A DNA stretch of 64,000 nt from Felis catus (lineage: Eukaryota): positions 100,442,001 through 100,506,000 of the forward strand of contig NC_058368.1 in NCBI RefSeq assembly GCF_018350175.1, given 5' to 3'. The stretch's first letter is position 1; every line of letters begins with the position of its first letter. Positions 50,816-63,577 of the stretch are shown piece by piece. Position numbers and translations under genes: made by a program. The notes beneath the pieces were generated by a model. The model searched no databases, had not been told where the DNA came from, and was given only the letters and a program-made list of their open reading frames with translations.

Positions 50816-51677
50816 TAACCAGTGCCCTGTGACTGGCTTCTCTCGGAAGTAACCCCCAAATTCATCAGAAGGAAGACTGTCGCTTGTAAATCACTCAAAC
50901 TTAATTTAATTTAATGACTTAAATTAAAGGAACACAATGGCACCTCCTCCAGCACCCTTCCCAAACCCTCCACAATGTTTTGGCGAATGTATGCCTGTTT
51001 GTAGGTATAATGATAAACACACACGAATAGGGGTGTGTTTGTTGTTGTGAGGGTAAATTTCAGGTCAGAATACCAAGGTGCAAGAAATGTCGTTCTCCTT
51101 CTTCCCCCCCCTTTAAATCAAATGTAATCAGGCTGGAAGAAAGGTAAATCCCCATCATTTCAGGGAGTGCCCCTAGGGGTGTCACTAAGTCAGTGTATTG
51201 AAGGAAACACCTTGGAGCTTGGGTATTAACTGGTCACCACCATTCAGTTTGGGTCAGACTCACATGTTGCCTGAGTCTGGGCTGCTTCTGTCCACAATGG
51301 AGCAGGGAATCGTGGCCAGTGCTGAGAACCCATTGCTTACTGGCTTTTTTTCTTTTCCTCTCAACCCATCTTCCCCACTCCTATACCCTTCTCAGTCCCA
51401 TATGAGGTCCAGTGTGTCTTCAGGTGCCTGGAAAATTCTGCTTTTGTCATTAAACAGAAGTCACCAACAATACCCTCAGGAAAGGCAGCACAAAGACTTG
51501 GCAAACTCTTGGGAGAGAGAAGGAGAACATCTCTCCTCTCTTACAGGTTCCTCCAGTACCCGGAAACAAGACAGTTGGTATCACAGTAGAACCATCCTGC
51601 CAGAAATATTTCATCCTGTCTTTTCACAAGCAAAGGAGCAAAGCTGAGCTGTCTTCTATACTATAATTATAAAAAAA

Positions 51678-51887
51678 TTTTTTTTAACGTTTATTTATTT
51701 TTGGGACAGAGAGAGACAGAGCATGAACGGGGGAGGGGCAGAGAGAGAGGGAGACACAGAATCGGAAACAGGCTCCAGGCTCTGAGCCATCAGCCCAGAG
51801 CCCGTCGCGGGGCTCGAACTCACGGACTGCGAGATCGTGACCTGGCTGAAGTCGGACGCTCAACCGACTGTGCCACCCAGGCGCCCC
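51678..51887 (-). mobile_element. Young SINEC_Fc
   Basis: 19-bp TSD TATACTATAATTATAAAAA (51657-51675 and 51888-51906); CpG-rich. Confidence 0.95.
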
Positions 51888-51906
51888 TATACTATAATTA
51901 TAAAAA

Positions 51907-52098
51907 CACCTGGGTGCTCAGTTGGTTATGTGTCTGACTCTTGATTTTGGCTCCAGTCGTGATCTCACAATCTGTGAGTTCAAGCCCCGCATCGGGCTCT
52001 CCATCAGCGCAGAGCCTGCTTCAGATCTTCTCTCTCCCTCTGTATCTACCCCTCCCCCACTTGCATACGCAAAATAAATAAAAACATTGAAAGAAAAA
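51907..52098 (+). mobile_element. Older Can-SINE, head-to-head with the previous element
   Basis: cacctgggtgctcagttgg head; AATAAA-containing tail. Confidence 0.88.
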
Positions 52099-54243
52099 AA
52101 TCAGAGCACAAAAGAGGTTTTAGGGCTACTCAGCTGTCTGACACTAGGGTACCACTTTTGTACTCCGTTTAAGAAACAGTCCTTCAGAAGGTTCAGTCTT
52201 GAACCTCAAATTCACTGGCTTTACATATTAACAGAGTTTGAGAGCAGTGATCAGCAGAAACCCCAAAATAAAAATATTCAGTGTATTTTATTAAGTAAGC
52301 ACCCCTTACTGACCCCTTCCCCTCCCTACCTTATAAATTAAACTCTCCTCGATCATGGTTGCAATTTAGCATGTGTTCCGTAGAAAGTGAAAACTCACCA
52401 GTTTGCTCAGGCTGGAGAGGAGAGGTTTCTGTGACTCACTCATAATTACAGAGGCAGAGAGAACAAGGCCGGAGTTCACTCCTTAGATAAAGTAAGTATG
52501 GATAGCTGTAGTTGAAATGAAGCTTCCTCAGAGAAATGAAATAGCATGAGATTGTGAGCATGAAAAACACCTAAGTGACTCTAATGCTTGCTCCATTTTG
52601 CCTTGGGGACCATAGAAAGAACATCCCACAGAAGGACGCAATATGGAAAGAAACCCAAGTGTTCATCCATCAGGGACGCCTTCAAATCTTGGCCCAAGAG
52701 TTTGCTTGAAGGCTAAATGACTCCTCTCGGGTAGCAGGGATTCCCCAGGATTATATAACTTTGGAAACCACTGGGGGTCATTGGGTTGGAGTTGGTTCCA
52801 AACATTATGCCCCTGAACGGCCTTATTGCTGTGTCCCCGGAGAAAGAGAGGGGGCAGTGAGACCTAGTTCCAGGCAGATGCTGGAACCACATTTTAGTCC
52901 CTAAGAAACATCTGTTTTTCCTGGTAAGAGAAAAATATGGGCAATAAATGCATTTTAAAGAATATCACCTCTGTATGGTAGTTCTGTTTACTATTTATTT
53001 TTCTAAATTGGTCACAGCTTGAGAGCAAAAAATCTAAATTTCTTTTCAATGTCCTTTAAAAGTAGATTCAACTCCATTACTTTGGACAGCTTTCCCAGTG
53101 TGTTTTCAACTGCAGAGGATGACTTTGTTTATAACAAGCAGATTTATCTTTACTTTTCCTTATAAAGGACAAGTTGGTTTTGAGTTATTACAACTCCAAG
53201 GGAATGTTTGCAATTATTTGTCTTAAAATGCCAATAAGACATTCATTTCCCAGACTTTAAGTCCATGTGAGACCTATAACACAGGAAGTGAGATTTGATT
53301 CCAGCTACCAATAGGCAGAGAGCATTATCCCCTGGCCGCCATCAGTCACACCCCCTCTGACCACAGTGACATTGTGGCCTGGAACCCTAGAAGTAGCACC
53401 AGCACGAGAGCAGACTTGTTTAAAAAACATTAAGTAATGAACACCATTAGTGTTCATTTTACTGCCAAGGAATTAGCCACCCCGGGAATTACACATCCAG
53501 AACCAAGAGCTAGTATCAGATATGTTGCATCGATGTCAGCGTTGTTCGATAGCCACTTCAGCGGGAGAGGTGTATTTGGCCTGAGACGATGTGAGGCGTG
53601 GCAGTGGTCATCTGCCGTGCCCAGAAGGAGGTCAGAGTTCAGGGAACTCACCCCCGCCAGCGCGTGTGCACGCACGCACACACACGTGTATGTCCTTAGT
53701 GTCAGGGTATCGTGCTAAACAGAAAAATGAACAAAGATGTGGAAGCCATTGGAAAAGGAGAGGTGAGGCCCTGGCGTAAGGCTGTCCCAAGTACAGCGTA
53801 CCCTCAGCCCCACTGACGAGCCCTTCCAGAGCCATGACAGACAGATGCAGTCAGCACAAAAGGGAATCCCTGATCCTGCTGAGTAAATACACCCTTGCCG
53901 TAGTCTCTCTGAATACAGTAAATTAACCACATTCTAATCTTGTCTTGAATTTTTTAGCATAAAGTATTTACTTTTAACCCATATGCTTTTTTAAGGATTC
54001 TCCAAGGGATGTTTCTGTAATTACTCAGTCATTGTTGCGTTACCATACTCTCTGATACATGTTGACTGCAGAGTTCTAGAATGACTTCCCCAGGGCAGAC
54101 AGAGTCTTAACCAATGTAACAGTTCAGAAAAGTTGGTTCAAGCGCTAATACTAAAAGGGGATTTAGTAGTTAGAGACATTAGCAATATTATTGCTCAAAA
54201 ACTGTACTTTCCACTTCTAAGCCCTGATCTGAAGTGTGTGTTC

Positions 54244-54443
54244 TTTTTTTTTTTTTTTAAGTTTATTTGGAGAAAGAGAGAAAGAGACAGAGAGAGAAAG
54301 CATGCAGGAGGGGCACAGAGAGAGAGAGAGAGAGAGAGAAAATCCCAAGCAGGCTCCACACTTCCAGCACAGAGCCTGATGCGGGGCTTGAACCCACCCG
54401 CCATGGGATCAGACACCCCACCGACTGAGCCACCCAGGCACTC
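54244..54443 (-). mobile_element. Can-SINE
   Basis: TSD agtgtgtgttc. Confidence 0.9.
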
Positions 54444-54965
54444 CAGTGTGTGTTCATTCCTAATATACTAACTCTGGGACCTAGAGCCAGTCCATCAGTA
54501 GGAATTGATAGCAGGCCCCTGAGGTGCTTTCCTCAGCCCCAGAAACCCCTAGAACCCACCTGGTCAGCTTCCCCTTCACTCTTCTTCATGTATCCCCAGG
54601 TTCTGTGCTCCCTGCACAACTCACCCTGCACCCACCGTCACCTTTGCTTCCGTAGAGTTCTTACTAGTTTCAGAGGGAAAACCCTTATTTCATACTGAAG
54701 CTTTGTCCCTGTGACTTGGAGGAGAAAGAAGACCCCAATCTTGAACATTTCTCTAAGGGAAGGTTCTCCTTCGTATAGGCCACAGTACTGCACTGTCATT
54801 GGCTGTTGCATAGTACAGTTGGGTGTGTATGGAAAAATACCCATGCGTGGGGAATAGTTAAAATGATCTGACCTTCCCAGTGTCTCAGCACAACTTAGCA
54901 AACTTTTTATAAAAGCTGCAAGAGTTCCCAAGGATGACCAGAGCATGATTCACAAATGGAGGTGG

Positions 54966-55199
54966 TTTTTTTTAATTTTTAAAAATTTTTTAAGCTAATT
55001 TTTTTTTTTTTTTGAGAGAGAGAGAGAGAGAGAGAGCACATTGAGGATGGGGAGAGAGAGAGGAGAGAGAGAATCCCAAGCAGGTTCCACACTGTCAGCG
55101 CAGAGCCCAACAGGGGGCTCGATCCCACGAAGGTGAGATCATGACCCGAGTTGAAACCAAGAGTCAGATGCTTAACCAACTGAGCCACCCGGGCGCCCC
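54966..55199 (-). mobile_element. Can-SINE
   Basis: Poly-T, GA tract, reverse head ...cgggcgcccc. Confidence 0.9.
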
Positions 55200-55652
55200 A
55201 AAGTTTCTTTTCATATGCCCCATATACCCACTGGGAAAGGAAAAGGCACATTCCACCACAGGAAGACAGTGAAACCTAGTTTAGTCTCAAAGCCTGATGA
55301 GACCTAGAAAAAGCTATTGCAACTAAGATCCCATGTTCAATCCCTCTGCCCTTGGAAGGCAGGAAATGAGCATGTGGAACAGCCGTGAACTATAAGTAGG
55401 AGGGTACAGAGGGAACACCTGCCTTCAAACCCAAAATCACCCCACCTGAAATACATTTTTCCAGCATGTGAATTCTTGGATAAATGTAATCACAAAATTT
55501 AAGAACAAGCAACTCCTTTCTCCCACATCCACCCTCCTTTCCTCACCTCCCTCCAGGGTCCAGGTTTGAATTGTGTAATGTTCTGTTAGTGTCATATTTG
55601 CACCACCTCGGCCACCACGGGGTGTCTCCAGACATTAAAAGAGAAATGCCTG

Positions 55653-55870
55653 GGGGAGCCTCAGTGGCTCAGTTGATTAAGCTTCCAAGTCGTAATCTCA
55701 GCTCAGGTCAAGATCTCATGTTCCTGAGATCGAGCCCTGCATAGCACTCTACACTGGCAGCACGGAGCCTGCTTGGGATTCTCTCCCTCGCTCTCTCTCT
55801 GCCCTTCCCCTGTTATCTCTCTCTCTCTCTCTCTCTCTCAAAAATAAATGTATAAACAACAACAAAAAAA
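55653..55870 (+). mobile_element. Can-SINE
   Basis: TSD-like aaaagagaaatgcctg/aaaagagcagtgcctg. Confidence 0.88.
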
Positions 55871-57699
55871 GAGCAGTGCCTGTTTATCAACTCTTAGTAA
55901 GGCTGGAGTTTCAGAGAAGCAGCAATCTGTTTGAGGCTTAAAAGTACCAGACTTTACCAGACAACTTCCAGTACCTTCACCAAGCTTCCCTGCTCCAGCC
56001 ACAGTCCTTGGGGATTTTCCTTCCCACACTGAGAACAGTGCAGATACATTACCGAATGCCACAGCCTTGGTTTGCCAGTGCACTCACTGCAATGTCTTTA
56101 GCAAACAGCCACGCATTTTGCTGTGCCAGCACGAGGCAATGCTGCCTTCATAAAAGAGATCAGGGTCCAGAGACAATTAACAGAGGACACAGTTAAAACA
56201 CCAGTAAACTCCGTAAAACGTATACGGTGCTTGACAGCCTCCCCATATTGCCATCTTTACCCCCAGTGTCTCGCTCAGTGCCTCGCACATGCTAGCAACC
56301 TCCTAAACATTTGGCGAGAGGGAGAGTGGAGAAAACTAAAGAGGGAAAAAGAGAAATAATAAGGACTGAGCCCATCACCCCACAGAAAGAATGGTGTCCT
56401 CTGTAAAAACCTAGGCCTTTTGATTACAACCCACCTACCTACAGTGAGTTTTAGTGTGGGTGTTTTAAGGGCAGGTTTTTATTCTTTGAACCAGAATCCC
56501 ACCTTTTAGTGGGTGGGATTTCTAGATTTGCTCTCGGTAAAGTTCTGAAGGAGATCACAAAAAGTTACAAAGTCTCCCTGTTTTGGTGATCAGTGAAAAT
56601 GTAATGCATGCCCGTGGGCCATTTTTGACTAATCCTCTAAGTAAATTGCTGTCTGGTCACCATGGGCTATGGAAATATGGAATCCAGGCCTGGATGAATC
56701 AGCAAGTTAGATTACTTGAAAAACTGTTACTTAAATTTAAGCCTTTCTTCTTTCCAATTTTGGTCACTGAGAATGCGATTTCATATCCAAAAATGAAATC
56801 AAGGAACAGCAAATTATCTGAATAATTCATGCCAGAATTACCCAAACACTTTTGTTCTTTTGAATACTGGTAATTCAGGACTAGGTAATTGAAGGATGCA
56901 GAGAGGCTTGAATTATCCTGATATTATTCAAATAAATGCCTCAAATTAACATTTTACTTGCTCTAGAGTCAGCCCTGTTCATGCTGGGTTTTGTCCCATG
57001 GAAAGTGTTCTTTTTTAGTATTTTATGACCACCGCACCCCTCATATTAAAGCAGAAACACTTTGTTAATGTCTAAATGATGATATTATCTTTAGACTATA
57101 ACCTAAGCCTTCTTTTTCACTTTCATTTATTTTTCATTTAATTTTTTGTTGAACTTCTCTAGGTACATACAATAGTCATACTAGCATTATAACAAAAACT
57201 AGCTGTCCTCTGCCCAACCTACCGTGTCCTGTTCCCACTTTCCTGAATCAGTCATTTGGCTTTCCTTCAGATGTATTCTCTCGTATCCTGTACGGCTAAA
57301 TCACATGCTCCTACAGGTTTTCAATTTTAGATGTTCTCTCTGTTACATATTGGCATTCTACTATAGAAGGTAAAAATGACAGCTAACAGTTACAAAGCAT
57401 TATACGACTGTTGTAACCTTCACAACAACACAATATGGTAGATACTAGTATTATCAGATTTTGCAGATTGGAAACCAAGGCACAGAGAGATTATGTATCT
57501 TGTCCAAGTTTATACAGTAAGGATAATAAATTGTGGAGCCAGGATTCCAAAACTCAGTATTCTCCATGATGAACCAAACTTGTCTGTCTCTATTTCAGCA
57601 CCCAACACTGCCCCCCACCCCCCCCCCACACACACCCCTACCTACATCCTCTTGCCACCATTAATATAGTTGGGATTAAATATATCTTTGAGATTAAAT

Positions 57700-60010
57700 C
57701 AGTATTTGGTGTTTATTATTACTGTGGCTATCTAAGTACGATTCACAGTGAATGCATGCAGTATGCTATATCGTATTCCCTTTCTAATTATAACATTACA
57801 TTTTCTGAGGAGAAAATAATTTGGACTTCTTAGTTTCCAGTTCATTTCTTAACATTTTTCTGGAGACAGAAACCTTCTTTCAGTGCATTCAGACAAATCA
57901 GGCATCTCTCAGTTTGTTCATAGAGACAACCTCTTTCCTCCTGCCCTACTCTGGGCTGCTGCTATCTGGCAGTGCTATACAGCTGCCTTCCCGGAGTTTC
58001 CCATATACATCATTCTGGGAATTTCTTTTGCTTCTCTCCTGTCTAGAGCCCTATTTCCTGAATCTGTCCTTTCTCATTTTTGGTGTATGCTCTTGTTTTG
58101 GTAAACAGATCTCCTTCTTCCTAGGGAGGTGGATGCTAAATTTGTTGAGACTCTGCCTGTCTGATAGTATCTTCAATTTGCTTTCATACTGGATTAGGTG
58201 TGTTTGGCTGGGTATAGAATTCTAGATAGGAAATTATTTTCCCACAGAATCTTGAACACATTGTTTCCTTTTCTTCTTTTTTCTAATGTGTCTGTTGAGA
58301 AGCTCCATTTCTAATTGCTAATCCCTTGGAAGTTATTACGATTTTCTCTTTATTTCCCAGTGTTATGATTTCTTGTTACTTTATCATGATTCTATTTTCA
58401 TTCCTGACCTGTGGCACTTGGAAGGCTTTTTCAGTCTTGAAACCTATATGCTTCAATTCTGGGAAATGTTTTTATACGCTGTCTTTGAATGTTTTCTACA
58501 TTGTAATTTCTCTGTTCACTCTTTCTAGAAATCTTATTATTGTAATGCTGGACACACTGAGTCAACCCTCAGGTCTTTATCTTTATCCATACTTTATCTT
58601 TATCCATCCTTTTTATCTTTACCCATACTTTTGCTTTTTCTAGTTCTTTCTAAGGTATTTATTGACCTATACCTTCCAATCTTTCTAATTTTTTTTTTTT
58701 ATTTTTGCTGTAATAGTGTTAATTTCTAATAGTACCTTATTGGTTTTCTCTTTGTTTCCTTTTTATAGCATTATACATGCAAGACTTACTTAAATTGTAC
58801 AATCAAATATAAATGTATATTTTTGTCTTTTCTTCCTTTTTGCAAAAAAGGTGGCAAGCGACAAACACAGTTTTGTCTCTTGCTTTTTCTCACCTGACAC
58901 ATTAAAGTTCTTTATGTATTCATGTATAAAGAGTTTCTTTATTCTTTTATATAGCCACATATTATTTCATTGTATGAATGTACTATTTTTAACCCTTCAT
59001 TTTATTGACATCTGGTCATCTCCTTTTGACTTATAGCAGCTCTTTATATTTTACGTATTAGAAAGACTAACCCATTGTAATATGAATTGCAAACATTTTC
59101 TCGGTGTTTCTTTTCTTGTTAAAAATGTTTAAAGTTCTCATTGTCTCCCTATGTTATCTCTGTTAACTTTGACTTCCATTTCTCTGTTTATTTTGGTCCC
59201 TGTCTTCCATAGTAGCACTTTACTCAAATGTCTGATGATTCCTAACTCATTTATATTAAAGAACAAAACAGTAAAGCTGAAGAGAAGCTCTGATTTTATG
59301 GGCGAGGCTCTCTGACTGGTAGATGTTGCTTCATATACACACTGGCAAGGACTAGGCTCTTTTTTTGTGAAAATCCTGAAGTGGCAGTATTTGTAGGTCT
59401 TTTCTCTTGGCCAGTTGACTTATCAAGCTAAGGCAACTACAGTCTCCTGGTAGAGTCAGTAACCTGAGTGCCAAGAATCCATGAGTCAGACCAATAGGAG
59501 ACGGGTTGAGAATTCTATTCTCACTTTCTCACTGAGGGAAATGTTCATTTAATCTCATGGTTTCCACCCCCTTCAGCTGAATTCAGAGTCTCTCTGGTTC
59601 ATGCCTTGCAAATTGTAACCTCCAGTCTTCCTTCACATTGGGAAAGGGACAGTCACCTGGCCGCATTGGGTTGGAGAGGTAATCTGGGATATGAACTATT
59701 ACTTCCACAGATTTTTCAAATCAACCTCCCACTCTCAGCACCCACTCAGTACCCACTATCACCAATCAATTTGTTGGGTTCCCTGACTGAAAGTTTAGAT
59801 TTCTGCATCTTCTCCTCTACTAAATCAATTCCACAGGTCCATCAACCTTCCTGTTTCTGAAAGTGTTGGTATTTTGTCTGTTATCATCTCCTCGCTCACT
59901 TCCCTCATTCGTTGAGATTTATACCTTTTTTTATTTCTTTACTTTCCTTTTAGCATTGTTTTGTAAGAAAGGGGTGGCAAATGAGTGTATTTAATCCACC
60001 GTGTTTAATT
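57700..60010 (-). mobile_element. Ancient HAL1/L1ME-type LINE relic
   Basis: T-rich; contains 'ctgggaatttcttttgcttctctcctg' and 'tttggctgggtatagaattctagataggaaattattttcccacagaatcttgaa', typical of antisense HAL1/L1M ORF1 regions. Confidence 0.6.
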
Positions 60011-60102
60011 GGAAGTCCCTCGGACATCCTTTAATCAGCCAGGGTTTTTTTTTTCCATTTCTTCCCTTTCTTGTCTTTGGAAATGCTCCAAAGTTCTGTT
60101 TA

Positions 60103-60219
60103 GGGGCACCTGGCTGGCTAAGTCGGTAGAGCAGGTGACCCTTGATCTCAGGGTTTTAAGTTCAAGCCCCCTGTTGGCTATAGAGTTTACTTAGAAACAA
60201 AAATCTTTCTTTAAAAAAA
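60103..60219 (+). mobile_element. Short tRNA-like Can-SINE
   Basis: ggggcacctggctggctaagtcggtagagc...agttcaagcccc...tagagtttact. Confidence 0.8.
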
Positions 60220-61166
60220 GTTATATTCAGACAAATAAATAAAGTAAGAATTAGAACTTTCAGATGGTGATGAGGATCAAATATTTCCTAGAACCCTGAG
60301 AGTAGACTACACGGTCTTTGTAAGTGAGCACATTTCTGAGGCCGTAAAACTCCACCTCGGGTTCTCATCCACATATGTCCTCATGTTAGGAAGTAGCATT
60401 CCCAGAAATACTGTTTTTGTCTGATGTACCAACAAGAGGGAATTTATTAATATGTAGGCTACCCACCTTCAGGAGAGAACTCTTCTCTGGAAGATTCTTA
60501 TACCTAGAGTGTGAGTAATATCTCATGAAAATGAAGGCATCTACCTAGAGGGAAATTCACTTAGGAAACAGAACTGTTCCAGGGCTTGACTTGTCCTTCT
60601 TCCCATAGGCTCACTAAGTATCAATTATTGATGGGAAAACAGCATTGCTGCTCCCTAGTTTCTTCTTTTTCCCCTAGACTTACCTACTTAGGGTCTTCCA
60701 ACATGCTGCTACTCAGTAGTCACATCCCCTTAGCATCTTCTTTATATGATTAAGGTTCAAGCTTTTTTGAGATTCAAGATATCACCAGGGAATCCATGTC
60801 AATCAGCTAGAAACAGCTCTTGTTTCCACTCGACCAGCATTACTATGCTTATTATCTTATTTGACTCTGATAAAAATTCACTGGACTAGAATTGTGCCTG
60901 GATTCCAGTCAGCATGCTTGAGAAATTACTTCCAGAACTGAATTAAAAGTGTTCAATAAATATGCGTTATTACATGACTATAGCTTTTATTGTTTAAAGA
61001 GTGGTTTATATGAAAAGAAAATAATTTGCCTACTGGAATGAAGTGTTCTTCAGTGTGGTTTGTATGAGGATAATTTCCATTTTTGGTGAGCTGTTTAGTG
61101 GTGTTGTCTTGTAACTTGACCATAATTTTATCTAATTCTGGCCTTTATGGTTTCTCTTCTGCTTAG

Positions 61167-61172
61167 GCATAA
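61167..61172 (+). CDS. SNCAIP: Last coding exon, canonical frame: Ala + TAA (protein ends ...KGKNKAA*)
   Basis: Acceptor tttctcttctgcttAG at 61165-61166 followed by GCA TAA; phase 0 fits the exon 10 donor. Confidence 0.92.
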   Translation, partial: A

Positions 61173-61251
61173 TGACATCAACAGAAAAATGAAGAAATCC
61201 TACAGCATAAAGCACATTGCTGAGCCAGAGTCAAATGAACTCTTTTTGTAA
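61167..61251 (+). CDS. SNCAIP: Last exon, alternative frame used after the cassette exon: (R)HNDINRKMKKSYSIKHIAEPESNELFL*
   Basis: CG from the cassette plus G61167 gives Arg, then 27 open codons to TAA at 61249-61251; matches the recalled synphilin-1A C-terminus. Confidence 0.87.
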
Positions 61252-61730
61252 ATCACTTTTTTATTATCTCTCATTGCTGCCCTTGGGACACCGTTTGGAA
61301 GTTTCTGGACTATCCACTATGGAAATAGAATCATGAGAACAATGCCTCACCAGCAGAAGAACAATATCAGGATGCCTTAAATTTATAGTAGTAGACTCTA
61401 TAATACACATTTTGGGGTGATATTTGTATATATAACTTGTTTCTGAAGAGATGCTGTTTAAAAGCATGATCGGGCAAACGTTATGTTGTTTTGAGCGTGG
61501 ATTGGTTCAACCTGCCCACGCAACGTCCACCAAGCCACCGGTACCATCTTTTATGTCATCCATTGCATGGGTGTTTGCTAATGTTGATTGAACATTCTTT
61601 TTCCAGTAAAATGGGCAGTTTGGCTCAGCTCCTCAGTGAGACCAGGTCAGTGGTACTGTTTTCTGTCAAGAGCGTTTTTTCTGTCATTTCTACTTTTTGT
61701 ATAAAGGAAATAAAACAATGTTAACAGCAC
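61173..61730 (+). other. SNCAIP: SNCAIP 3'UTR
   Basis: Sequence with no recognisable repeats between the stop codon and the poly(A) signal; the 3' end is estimated. Confidence 0.75.
61709..61714 (+). terminator. Polyadenylation signal AATAAA; a second candidate lies at 61866-61871
   Basis: AATAAA preceded by U-rich ttttTGTA (CFIm-like UGUA), about 540 nt after the stop. Confidence 0.75.
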
Positions 61731-63389
61731 CTATAAGCTCGAGGCACCTACTTTCTAATCAGCCTATGATGTTCTGGTCTCTTAGGGACCTTGAGAGTAT
61801 TTTGATTGCCGATATTTTATTTCAGGAACAAACTGCCGGGTTTAGCTATTTTCCCATAGGGGTGAAATAAAACATTCTAGTTTTCATTAAGTACTAAAGG
61901 ATCAGACAAGTATATAAAGTAAGTCAATTCCTTCTGTCTTCTCAAATCCCAGCGTTGACATGAGAAAATACTAATGACAGCTAAGGATTCAGCCCCTGCT
62001 TGGGTCACTTTTTCTGTCTATAACACATTATGAGACCTGTCTAATCCCTTTAGGAGACAGTGTGGAGCCTGAGTTTATAACAACCCTATTGTTGATACAG
62101 CTCTTTGAATGCATGTAAGCAGTAAGTTCCAGATGGTTTCGCCCTATCATGTAAGAATATATTTCTGTTGAAACTTCAAGAGTTTTATTTTCAAAGCGTT
62201 GGCATGGCCCATAAGAGGCCTGTCAAATTTGAGTTGGGAAGTCAAATGTGTTCTTACCAGTAGGAGGGAGTACTGTATGCTATTCACAGTTACTAGCAGT
62301 GTTTCTGCGGTCAACTGTGGACCATTCTGTATCCTGGTGGGCACCAGAGGCCTAGAGACTGAGTTGAGAGGCAGTCTTGCAAATGTGGATCGTGTGACAA
62401 ACTTAAGCTTGACAAGACGCAGGAAGGTATAGAAAAAGGGCCTAATATTCAAATGCCTTTTATGTACTAGCCACACTTACATGGAGATATTACCGTTACC
62501 CTTTTATAGCTTCAAAATTAAAACTTTGGAAAGCTTAGGTCCTACGTCTGAAGTCATGCTACGTGTCACTAGCAGAATTGGCTCCGGCACAGGTGTGCTC
62601 ATCATCACCACGGCACTGTCCTACTTGTCCTGCCCCATGTCCTCTCTTCAGTGCGTTACCCACTGGACTAGCACACAGGAATCATGAGTTGTGGGTATGG
62701 GTTCCACTTCTGGACAACTCTGGTCGTGGGCAAGAAACCTTGCCTCCTCGAGAAATCTGGAAAAGAGCAAGGCCAGTAGGTAAGTTCCTTTCCATCTAGG
62801 CATTTCAACCAGTTTGCTCTGTCCTTGTTTGGGTCTTATGAGTTCCCCTGGTTAGAGCCCAGTGCCCTGTGTGGTTCCGCCTTGCTCACCTTGTCTTTTC
62901 CTCGAATGAGATGCCCTATTTTGATTTGGGCCCCTTGGACTCAAGTACTCTTTCTCCTTCTTCACATTTCCCTGCTGCGTCCTGGTGTTGAAATTCTAAT
63001 AGAGAATCTATGGCCAGCACGTGGGAAACCTAGATTCCCGTGTTTTCCGCCTGCTGCTGAAGAGATGACAGTAGAGTGACACAGCCAACCTTTTGGACTT
63101 AGTTCTAGAATGGGGCTTGCAAAGGAATGGGGACCCAGAGAGTGCTCTGTCTGTCCCCCTGAGGCACCCTAGCTTTGTTCTTAGACAGACAGGGTCTTTT
63201 AACTTAAAAGTTGAAGGGGCCTGAGCATTGTATAGCGATTCTGTGAGCCAGACACCGAGTTCTCAATGAAACATAGCAGAGAAAACCAAGAGTTTGAAAG
63301 AAAGAGACGCTACCTTGACCTAGAAAATTGGCATTTCAGTTGTTTATCAATGCAAGCATTTCATTTATTGATTTTTTGAATGTTTATAG

Positions 63390-63577
63390 ATTTTTTTTAA
63401 GTTTTTATTTATTTATTTTGGAGAGAAAAAGAGAGAGAGGGGGAGAGAGAGAATCCCAAGTACGTCCTGCACTGTCAGCACAGAGTTCGACGTGGGGCTC
63501 AATCTCACACACCACGAGATGATGTCCTGAGCCAAAATCAAGTCAGATGTTTAGCCAACTGAGCCACCCAGGCGCCC
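63390..63577 (-). mobile_element. Can-SINE
   Basis: Reverse structure ending ...gccacccaggcgccc; TSD-like aa(t/c)gcaagcatt. Confidence 0.88.

Noticed and set aside
48793..52746. NF-kB-like decamers (GGGAATCCCC near 48793, GGGATTCCCC near 52737)
   Set aside because: The degenerate consensus is expected many times by chance in 64 kb and the hits are not clustered.
57821..58643. Hydrophobic Phe/Leu-rich ORFs resembling membrane proteins
   Set aside because: Result of translating the T-rich strand of an ancient antisense LINE (HAL1/L1M-like).
3861..63522. Many 60-120 aa ORFs with motifs such as AQVMISWFVSSSP, SLSLSLS or RERERE
   Set aside because: They are chance translations of Can-SINE bodies and their CT/GA tracts.
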